From the NCBI GenBank assembly GCA_021613535.1, contig CP075493.1:14384001-14448000 (forward strand): DNA of 64,000 nucleotides, read 5' to 3'. The first letter of the stretch is position 1. Every line of letters starts with the position of its first letter. The position numbers and the translations under genes are program-made. Shown here piece by piece: positions 1-10,745 of this stretch. Below the pieces are notes generated by a model. It was not told where the DNA came from, ran no database searches, and saw nothing but the letters and a program-made list of their open reading frames with translations. This DNA comes from Adineta vaga. Lineage: Eukaryota; Animalia; Rotifera.

Positions 1-3000
1 ATCAACGAGTATGGTCCATGGCCAGTTTCATACAGTTTTTGATCCTGAAATGTTCCATTTCCATTACCAAATATAATGCTAACAGTATTATCATCATAAT
101 TAGTTACGGCTAGATCTAGATGTTCATCATTATTAAAATTGCCTGATGTCACAGAAGACGGAGTTTTACCGACTGGATAGGTGTTCATAGTTCGAAGATA
201 TTCACGTTCAAAATTAAGCATTACACTAATAGTATTCGCGCCTTGATTGACCAGCACAAGATCCATTCTTGTGTCATTGTTCAAATCAGCTGAAACAGCT
301 GCTACAGGTCTTTTACCAACGTCAAATGTCAATTGAACATCGAATACTTTTTCGTTGTTTGCAAGTAATAGGCCGATATTATCGTCACCATTGTTTACTA
401 TTACTAGATCTTGTATATCATCGCCATTGAAATCATTTAATATGATAAACATTGGTCTCAAGCCGGTCACATATGTTGGTCGTGTTAGAAAGTTTCCTCC
501 ACCAATACCAAGCAGAATGCTGACAGTATTATCACCATAACTAGCCACTGCCATATCTAATAGACCATCATTATTAAAATCGCTTGATGTCACGTATCTC
601 GGATGATAACCGGCTGGAAATCTAGGTTGCATGTGAAAAGTTCCATTTTCATCGGCCAGTAATATATCAATCGTATGAGTACTAAGGCTGGCCACTGCTA
701 AATCTGGAAAGTTATCATGATCGATATAACCTGATACTACAGAGAATGGAGAATTACCAACGGTATTACTCTTTGAAGGCAGGAAAGTTCCATTGCCATT
801 ACCTAGTAGCAAACGTACGCGATTGTCACCATAGTTGGCCACAACGAGATCTGGTTTTTTATCACTATTAAAATCATTTGACGTGATAGACGCTGGAGCA
901 AAACCAACTGCAAAACTCGCTAATTTCTGAAATGTTCTATTTCCATTACCTAATAATATGGTAACGCTATTTTCGTTATAATTGGTTATGGCTAGATCAC
1001 GTTTTGTATCATTATTAAAATCATCAGCTATCACTGCAGATGGTACACTATTTACTGAATAGATCATATGTTCTTGGAATGTTCCATTCTTATTACCAAA
1101 CAGAATACTGAGACTATCATTCTTATAATTACACACAGCTAGATCGAGACAGTCGTCTCTGTCGAAATCATCTGATATTATCGAATATGGACCGATACCC
1201 ACACGATAGATTATTTGTTTCTGAAATGTTCCATCTCCAATTCCAATCAATATGCTTACACTGTTATCATCATAGTTAGCAACTGCCAGATCTACATGCA
1301 TGTCATTATTAAATTTACCCGATACGATAGAACGTGGACCGTTACCAACTGAATAGGATCGTTGAGTTTCAAAACGTCCGAACTCACTACCGAGTAAGAT
1401 GCTGACAGTTTTATCATCTGCATTTGTTACTGCCAAATCCAATACAGTATCATGGTTAAAATCATGTATTGTTACTGATGACGGTTTGTTGCCAGTTGGA
1501 TATGTAGTTTGTAAAAGGAATAATCCACGTCCTTCACCATAGATGACGCTAACAGAATTATCGCCATCATTGACCACCACTAAATCTAATTTTTGATCGT
1601 CATTTAGATCTTGCAATTTTATACAAATGGGTCGCTGACGAACCGGAATAGTGAATAGACCTTGAAAAAATCCTTCACCATTACCGAATAGTACAGCGAC
1701 CTCATTATCTTGCTGAGTTGCCACCACGATATCTATAGTATGATCATTATTGAAATCGCCAATGGCTGCCGAAACTGGTATGTTGCCAGTTTTATAGAAT
1801 TTTGCATCCGAAGTATAGGGTTTGTAGCAGCGTTTTTCTAAAACAAATAATAATAAACTAGTGTGTACTAAAATAGATTGTGAACAATTGTGCCTGCTAG
1901 GTTTGTTGATTTATCATTAAGTTTTATTCCTAAGACAAACCCAAGGATGATCACTGTAACGAACAAAGCAAGTGTTAAGCCGAACGGAATCCCGAATCTT
2001 TTCCTGCTATACCATGGACGTCTTATAAATGAAATGAAGAATTTCATAGAGAATTTAGTCTAAAAAAGATCATGTTAGACTTACTCAGGTTTTGGAAAAA
2101 GTTGCGCACCTAAATGTAAAAAACATCAAAACAAATAATCAATAACCACATGATTACCTTCAAACGGTGGCATCAATAACATTTGCTTTGGTATTATCTG
2201 TTTCAAATGAATTATATGAAGGCCAGGAGCTGGACTAAGTTGTGATTGAACTATCATGCGAGTACCAGGCAAGAGAAGTATTTCATCTTCGGCGACGAAA
2301 TGCGAATGAGCACGTATTGTTCGACCATTAATAGCTTCGACCGAAAACAGTGTACGTTCGCCCGTATTGCCCAAATACGTACTATTCTCGAGTACAGTTA
2401 GTGACGTTGTACACGATGAAAAATGCCACCAAGTTACAGGAGTACCGGGTGGAAAGTCGTCACTGATATTCTTTGTCACTCCGCGCCAAACAGTTGCTTG
2501 TGGAATGCATGGTATTTTGACGAGAGCTGTTAGAAACAGTTTCATATACTTGAAATATGGTCGTAGATTCTGACGATTGTCTAGTTTGAGAGTGTGATTA
2601 AGCATTCTATAAAGACTTTTGTCGGGCTCATCCCATTCAAAGGTGTAGAGACGAATAGCAGCACTCTCATTAGTTGTAAGTCCATCGGATGGTTCATTCG
2701 GCGTTTCGTCAAGTGCTTTTTGAACATAGAGCGGTAAATTATGAAGGATATCATATAATGGAACGCATGCTTCAGCGAGTGATAACAATGGTTCGTTGGC
2801 ATATTCTACAATAGGTTCTACTGTTCTTTTTAAATCATTTATAGTTTCTGTAGTAGAAAAATTGCATTCATCATATCGATAGTTCACCACCCGACAACCG
2901 TTTGTTCCACAGTCGTTTGATATAACATTCAAGTTATTTACTGATATTAACACTTCTGGTTGATTTTGTTGATCAGTTGTTTCTATCCTATTCGAGTGCA

Positions 3001-3142
3001 GATGTAAGTTGTTGTGCTTGTATATTGGATTATGTCTGGTCTGCATATTCTCGTTGACTTCTTTATCGCGATTAATCGATAATTCATCTGCAGCTGCAAT
3101 TGCTACTAGTTCAATTGCACCAATATTACCTTTTCTGTCCAT
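1..3142 (-). CDS. ARTC-family (R-S-E) ADP-ribosyltransferase - transmembrane helix - FG-GAP/VCBS repeat protein (3' end runs out of window)
   Basis: Exons 3142-2158, 2109-2085, 2021-1894, 1837-<1 join in frame (introns 48, 63, 56 bp). ART motifs TVWRGV / FSSCTT / AEDEILLLPG. TM segment RKRFGIPFGLTLALFVTVIILGFVLGI. Then 12 complete ~49-aa repeats of type D(F/L)NND..(L/I)D(L/I)AV...V.+LLG.G.G.F; this exon has no start codon so the ORF track misses it. Confidence 0.88.
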
Positions 3143-4316
3143 AGTTGATTGTATTATGTCAACGCAAACATCAATCTGAGGATACAGAAAAGTAATCGAT
3201 ATCGAAAAAAAAGTCGTTAAAATTATTTGCTTATGCGTATATAGAAGATAGAAATAAATCTATAAAAAGCAATTTCTTTACCTCCGATTGTTTATTATTA
3301 TATTCAGTAATGTACAGGTCGTTTTTATCCTTCAATAATATAGACATAAGCGCAATCAAGCAGGTAAAAAGTCCGCATATAACGTCATTATTTGCAATGA
3401 ATGTATGAGAAGAAAAGAAAAGATTATAGAAGAGGTTTTGTTACATTAACGCAAGCACTTGGTGTATAATCTGTTTTATTCATAATAATTGTTGAACGTT
3501 TCAGTTTCATTTAATAATTGCTCGATTGTGTTTTCTTGCATTCTGTTGAAGCAAAATGTAAAGATTCACTTATTAGACTACATATACATTCCAAAAATCA
3601 ATGAATAATTTACTTAGCATACGAATTATATGTTAGTCTATAGGATATAAACATTATTTTTGGTATTTGATATTAATCTTGTGTTTCATTATCATGTATC
3701 TTTGCTTTATACAGATGAATAGAAAAGTATAGTCTTGTAATTTTTATTTAAAGTGTGGATCGATTAATATGCAAATGAATATGAAAAGCAAGAATACAGA
3801 TAGGTGAGTGAAAGTCGATTATTTTTGTTCGAAATGTGGATATGATGTAAACATCCTCATCTGCACTCATATCTATATATTATTAATATCTAATAAAACA
3901 ACCTCAGATATTGAAAATGTTGGTGTATTCATAGAAAAATTGCCTTGGGAAGCATGAAATGGAAAGCTAATGTAGAGAAATTATAATTACTTTCGAAGTT
4001 CTCGAACATTCTGTTAGAAAAAAAAGAAAACAGCGTCAAATAAGATCTTGTTTTTGTACTAAAGATTCAGACTATACTAATGATGAGAAAAAAAAGCTAC
4101 GAACGAAGTAATTGAAAGTTTTTCATAATATTTGATAGCTTTGTTATTGAAAAGAGTAGAGAGAGAGAGAGTAATAATGGCATTGCTTCGAGTATTTTAC
4201 AATATTGAACGCGTAATAAATACTTTATTATACAGAGCAACTAAACAAACTATTCAAACATTTTAAAAGATTGTCTTAACTACCAACAATTCTTCATATT
4301 TACGTATTGATCTAAC

Positions 4317-5309
4317 ATGTCTCTCTTATCATTGATTGTCATTCAACAAGAAATGACTCGTTATGTTTTGCCCATTTCATTGGGATTCGGTAATATTGGT
4401 AATTTTATTTTAATTGGATATTTTTCTCAAAAACATAATCGTACTAATCCATGTTCACTCTATTTACTTGCTGCTGCCGTCTTCAGTATTGTCGGAAGTA
4501 ATTGGGGTGTCATTCCTACTGTCTACGCTATTTTTTATTCTGATCCACTTTCTAAATCGATCGTTTTGTGCCGTATTCGATTATATATCATTTACATTTC
4601 TGCAATGTCTTATCGTACAATGATCGTTCTAGCTACTATTGATCGTTATGCTTTAACTAATGCTCGATTAATATCTCGAGCTTTTTCTTCAATTACTGTA
4701 GCTAAACGAGCAATTATCATAATGTTCCTATTCTGGTGTATGGCTGGTTTTCATCTTCTCATCTGGCCGACTATTGAATATAATCGATGTTTAGTATACG
4801 GACTCTATGGTTTTGTATACAGTATTATTCAATTAATTACCTTGGGTGTTCTTCCGAACGCTCTTATGATTCTTTTTGGTGTACTCTTAACAAAAAATCT
4901 ACGTCTATCTCGAATTCGCTTTGAAATAGCAACAAGACAAGCAATTAATACAAATAGTAGAGCTCTTCGAAGACGAGATAAGAATTTGATCGTGCTCGTC
5001 TTTACTGAAATTCTACTGACATTCATTTGCACATTTCCCTATTCATTACATGCAATATATACGGCACTCACAAATAATATTCCAAACAAAAGTGTTGAAC
5101 GACAACAAATTGAATCATTCTTATACTTTTTCTTCGTACAATATCTACTCTATTTAGGTTACTCAACAACCTTTTATGGATACATGGCAACATCAAAATC
5201 ATTTCGACGCGAAGTCCAAATTCTCCTGCTGAAACTTATTGGAAAGACATCGACAGCCATAGAACAAGAACCAATAGAAATAAATGTACCACGTATTATA
5301 ACTCGATGA
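4317..5309 (+). CDS. Orphan rhodopsin-like (class A) GPCR, intronless
   Basis: 330 aa, seven hydrophobic segments, GNIGN in TM1, IDRY in TM3, C(T)FPY in TM6, SKSFRRE helix 8. Confidence 0.88.
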   Translation: MSLLSLIVIQQEMTRYVLPISLGFGNIGNFILIGYFSQKHNRTNPCSLYLLAAAVFSIVGSNWGVIPTVYAIFYSDPLSKSIVLCRIRLYIIYISAMSYRTMIVLATIDRYALTNARLISRAFSSITVAKRAIIIMFLFWCMAGFHLLIWPTIEYNRCLVYGLYGFVYSIIQLITLGVLPNALMILFGVLLTKNLRLSRIRFEIATRQAINTNSRALRRRDKNLIVLVFTEILLTFICTFPYSLHAIYTALTNNIPNKSVERQQIESFLYFFFVQYLLYLGYSTTFYGYMATSKSFRREVQILLLKLIGKTSTAIEQEPIEINVPRIITR

Positions 5310-5923
5310 AAAGTTGTTAACTTAATGCTGACTCACACAATGAATACAATAAATATTGAAAATACATACTCAAGATCTCCTATTTATTTCAAAAATCAAT
5401 GTATTTTATCTTGTGAATTTATTAACTATAATGATCTTTATCTATGCATTTTTTTCATTACAATCATCCATATTTAACACAAACTATAGATTTTGATCGA
5501 TGTGATAACGGTTCGTTAATATTCGAAAAAGATTAGTTTATCTATGTAATATCAAAGTTAAAATATATGTCATTTTATTTTCTCCAAAACAAATCTTTAA
5601 TGAAACGTATTCAGTTGTCTCTTCAGAAATTCTAAGTATTTTATTCAATAAAACTAGATTGCTAATCGCTCCTAACAAATAAAGTCTTTTGACTTTCTTT
5701 TTCTTCATTTTTAAATCAATCTTCAATAGATTTGTTGAATCTTAATCCTAAAGTCTATAATCATAACATTTTGTACTGTTATCTTTCGATGCATTAATCC
5801 GTATTTCTATATGACAAGAGTAATAATACTAGAAAATAAAGATTATGTTCTTTTTTGTCAAATAGTTCTCAGGATAAATAAATATATCAAAATCAAACGT
5901 ATAGAATATCACTTGAATCGACG

Positions 5924-7304
5924 ATGATGGTGGTGAAGTTATTTTGGTCAATAATCATTGTATCTCTAACTACAATAGATGTATATGGAATGGAATGTCC
6001 TCCAACGAGAGCCTCCATACAACATCTTTTGGATGAAGCTTATATTCCTGGAGCTGCAGTCATCGTTGTTAATTCCACTGACATCGTCTATGAACAAGGA
6101 ATTGGTTATCAGTCTCCTCTGATTTCAAAAGATCGTCGATCTATTGATCCTTCAACATCAATTTTTGTTTTAGCCTCGATTTCAAAAACATTTGTTGGTG
6201 TAGCAGCAATGCAAATGGTTGAATCACATCATCTTAATCTTGATCTCGATATTAATCAATATCTATCACCTGAAATGAAAATTATTCATCCACGTTATCC
6301 TAATATTACAATTACTACGCGACATCTACTATCTCATATGGCAGGTATTGGACAACATCCTACCGAAGAATTTAAACTCTATGTTCCGGGTGATGATTTT
6401 ACTAAGAGAAAATTTAGTGATGTGATAAAGATGTATTTAAGTTACGAGGAAAGTTGGTTACCTGTACCACCTGGTCATATAACATATTATTCAAATATAG
6501 GAAATGGTTTAGCTGCACATATTATTGAACGTTTAGCGGGAATATCTTTTGAAGACTATGTTCGAGAGAAAATATTAAAACCTTTAGATATAGATGAGAC
6601 AAAAGCAAGTTATCGATTGAGTACTTTTCAAGATAATCAAATGAATCTTGTTGATCATTATATTTACAATGTATCATTCTTAGAAGTTTTTAATCAAATA
6701 GCACCACAATTGAATGCATCTCGAGTAAGTTTCACGTAATAATTATTCTTTTTTGATGATATGTAATTAGATTTATATGTTATATTAGGTAGAAAATTCG
6801 TCTGATTGGCTTTATGTTCCATTGTTTAGCTATAGTATATATCCAGCTGGTATGTTACGGATGTCAGCATATTCACTTAGTAAATATCTTCGATCATTTC
6901 TTAATAATTTTCCTAATCTTCTTCATAATTCACAATCAATCGATGAAATGCTTTCGATTTCTTCTCAAACGAGTTATGTCAATATGACAGATGTTGAATT
7001 TAGTCTTGGATGGTATTGGCAAGTTTACAATGGACGACGTTTTATTGGACATGATGGTTCTTTACCTGGTTTGAGAACAGCAATGATGGCAAATGAAAAA
7101 AGAAATTTAGGTGTAATCATATTAACAAATGGGGATATTACAAGAAATGATATGCAAGCATCGAAAGTCAAAGAAACGATTGTTCAATTGATGACTGAAT
7201 TGTTCGATTGTTTTGAAATGAAGACAAATATTGCTTTTCGGCTACATGCAAACATCAAATACATCGGGTGGACGATTATTAGTCTTTATTTCTGTTTTTA
7301 CTGA
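5924..7304 (+). CDS. Beta-lactamase-related (class C / PBP-like) serine hydrolase with signal peptide and hydrophobic C-terminus
   Basis: Exons 5924-6724 and 6789-7304 (GT-AG intron 6725-6788). Catalytic motifs SISK (SxxK), YYSN (YxN) and GHDG, plus LLSHMAG. Confidence 0.88.
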
Positions 7305-8008
7305 TGATACAATTTGTATATTAGTGATTTTGTGGGTATTGATCTTTTGTAACAACAAGAGATCAAACCAAACTGATCCTTCTATGATATAGTAAGAATA
7401 AGTCATCAACATGAATGAAACATTTTTACAGTTACTTTTACTGCGACAATAAAATGAAAAGAGAAGACTTGGTTGAAGTATATAAAATAAGAACAGAACG
7501 AAAAATATAAACATATTTTTACTGCTGTCTATGCAATCGATGCAAACGGAAGACCATTAGGAAGAGCTATATAAAATATTGTAAACGACAACTTGTTTTG
7601 TTTTAAACAACAAATCATACAGTAATATTAAAAATTCATCAACTATATGAGATATTCAGAGAGTTAATACGTACATCAGACTCTATATTTCTGTTAATGA
7701 TTTTCATCCAACCCCTCTAAGGTAACAAAATACGAAAACAAATATAAAAATTTCTTCTTTCGTTCTTGTTTCAATAGAACATTTCAGTCATTTTTCTTGT
7801 ATTTCACTAGTGAAATTATTATAGGAGACTGTTTTTTTTCTGTTTCAATACCTATCAAATCATATACATAAACATTTTTTTTTCATTTTCCAACTACTTA
7901 AGCTTTTCTAATCGACGATTTTGATCAGCAACGTATTATTGGCGTATGAAACATTCTAAATTTAGAGATAAAAATCATTGTTTCTTCTTTCTATATTAGA
8001 AGTCTTCA

Positions 8009-10251
8009 ATGGCAGAACTTCCTTTTCAAGATAATAACGATGAAATCATTAAACTTTTGGGACTACAAGATGATATTAAATATCAAGTGGTTACTGATCT
8101 GTTAAGCAATGGTCGACAAGCATTACACCAATATCAAGAAGAACTTATTCCCAAAATATACAAGAAAGAAATCAATACTGCCGATGGACAATTGCTTCAG
8201 TTATTAAAACAATACTTCGATCGACAATGGCATAGCCAATATGATTCTGTAAATCAATGGTTCACTTCATTCATTACAACTTATCAAAATGACAAAAATC
8301 CTCAACAATACGAACGTGTTTTAACTCGTACAGCTGAACATGGAAATCGATACATGAAAGATTGTCCAGTATTGTCGATAGTTCTACAACTTCTTTTCGA
8401 ATTAATCGATGATGAATGTTTACTACGAAATACAACGATCTTTGATGATCTTTGGTCGACATTCACGAACGAAGGTTTGAAGTCAATAGGAAAATATTCG
8501 AATTACATGAAAGAGGAAGTGCTGAATGAAGAAGTTGATAAACATCGCTCGACATTATATCGAGCATTGTGTGAATATTATCGTCCACGGTTAGTCGCTG
8601 TACTGAAAGAACATCATATTGGTGAAGAAGAAATTGATCATGATGTGGCACTCGATCGGATTGCTGAGAATGGTGTGAAAAAAGGTATTGATTTGATTCA
8701 ACAGGAGATTGTAACTAGAAAACAAAAACAAGTGCTATCGGAAAATCTTCATTCCAATGAACAAGTCGACGAAAATAGAACACTTCTTAATACATATTCA
8801 ACACCCACCACATCAAACATAGTCGAGGGTATATTTAATAGAACTAACGATGATTTCGCTCAAAATTCAACGGTCGATGCAACAATTAAAGTATATGTGA
8901 AAAGAACTGGTGAAACTATTCATGTTCCAATAACATTGGTATCTACAGTAAGAGATGTGATTAAATATGTCTGTGAGAACAGCGTATGTGATGCGACAAG
9001 TGACTACGACGATTATTTTCTTGCAGGAGCGTCACTTGAAAATGAGCAAATGCTCGATCATAACACGAAATTAGAGGACATGAAGGAATCTTTGGCTGAA
9101 AATCTTGAATTTCAGTTATGTATGAAAACTTCAAAGGAAAGCGAGACGAATAATGGGGATGAAGAAGTAAGTTGTCGTCTATAATACTGCATTGTTCTCT
9201 CAAAGATTATCGTTTAGATTATAAAATCAAATGTACCAATGTTCAACAATGATAAGGGATTTGTTGTAAAAAGTAAGAGTTTCGAAGAACACAACAACTC
9301 AAGTTCCAATCCTGATCAAGCTGCATTTTCATTACCTGTACAAAACAATTTGATTGACAAATGCAGATGTACATCGTCAAAAGATGATCGTACAAATCTT
9401 TTGCAAAAAGAAGATTTAGCTAATAATTATCATCAACTGCAAAAGAAAATTCAAGAACTTAGTGAAAAAATTACTCGTGATCCTATTTTACGTCAAAAGA
9501 TTGTCGAAAAATTCAACGAGATCAATATTGTTGTATGCGGTTCGCCACGAGTAGGAAAAAGTGCGCTCATCAATGCTTTATGCCAACAGAAACTCGCTAG
9601 AACAAGTCCTGGTCTTCATAGTTGTACAAACATTATTTCACCGTATTATTTAAAGGGTAATACCGATCTCGGTGACGGAACAATTAATTATCAATACAAC
9701 TTTTGGGATACACCCGGATTTGAGAATTGGAATCAAGAAGCCATTCGTAGAATTTAAATCTCATCAAAGAAAAACCAAAATCTGATATAATATGTATGAT
9801 CTACTGCGCTTCGCCTGGTTCATTTGCTAATCTCAAACAACTCGAATGGCTATTAGATGAATGTATCGAACAGCATATATTTTGTGCACTTGTATGTACG
9901 AATAAATGGAGTGGATTCAAAGAACAACGAGATGCTGTTATAAAAGATTTCCAACAAATACTCGGAAAAAAGCAAGAGAAAACTGGAGATGAAAATGGTG
10001 TGACGTACTTTGGAAATGTTGGTTTATGTACAAGTGTTAATAGTATTCCAATTAAAGATGAAGAAACTGGTAGAGATTTTGAAGAATCCGGTATTAACGA
10101 ACTTATGTATGGTATTATGAAATCACTTGATGAAGAAAAAGTAGCACAATGGTGTATGCTCGCATTTGAAAAGAAATCTTTCTGGAAGCAGCTTCCTGAG
10201 TATCAGACGCAGTTGAAAAATTTGTGGAATTCTTTTTTTCGAAAGACATAG
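8009..10251 (+). CDS. Copy A: uncharacterised N-terminal helical repeat domain + ubiquitin/RA-like domain + P-loop GTPase; 1-nt frameshift near 9750
   Basis: Intron 9167-9217 joins ORFs 8009 and 9239 in frame. G1 GSPRVGKS, G2 SCT, G3 DTPG, G4-like TNKW. Alignment with copy B shows one base missing at ~9749-9751 (pseudogene or sequencing error). Confidence 0.8.
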
Positions 10252-10745
10252 ACGAATGAAAGAACGATGAAATTAATCTTGAAAGACTGAATCTTTTTAG
10301 TTTGTCTATCTTTATACTCTGATAATAAAAGAATAAAACGTTTTTGACGGTGAATAATCAAACCGAATAAAAAAGTTGTTGAAGTTATTTTTACTTCCAT
10401 ACAACGAATAAAAACAAGAAACAGAGTTTGCGCTATTTGAAAAGTGAAAGAAAGAGAGAAAAATATGAAAGCACTTTTACAAATATTTCTAGAAGCGATA
10501 AAGTTCGTTTTATTTTCTTCTTCTAAAACAACCGAAGAGAGAATTGAATGAAATAATAATAAAGTGTTTCTTTTGCTCTGTGATTTTGTCCATCGAATTT
10601 TTAAACATGTTTTACTGTATTTCATAAATAAATTATTATCAAAACCATCATTCACTTCCGCTTCTAACTACCCACGCGTACGTGTAAATTACTGATTATT
10701 TTAGAATACATAACTATATCGATCAAGATATTCGAGTGTTTTTTT

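Noticed and set aside
1-1837. ~147-bp periodicity as a CRISPR array or satellite
   Set aside because: The repeats are degenerate at DNA level and conserved at protein level in one open minus-strand frame (FG-GAP).
9753-9759. TTTAAAT as a programmed -1 frameshift site rescuing copy A
   Set aside because: The heptamer is not in the X XXY YYZ phase of the upstream frame and contains the stop codon; the paralog is simply in frame.
7242-10655. Short antisense and intergenic ORFs in the track (e.g. 7242-7514, 8274-8462, 10203-10655)
   Set aside because: They are shadows of real genes or F/I/L/K-rich translations of AT-rich DNA with no motifs.
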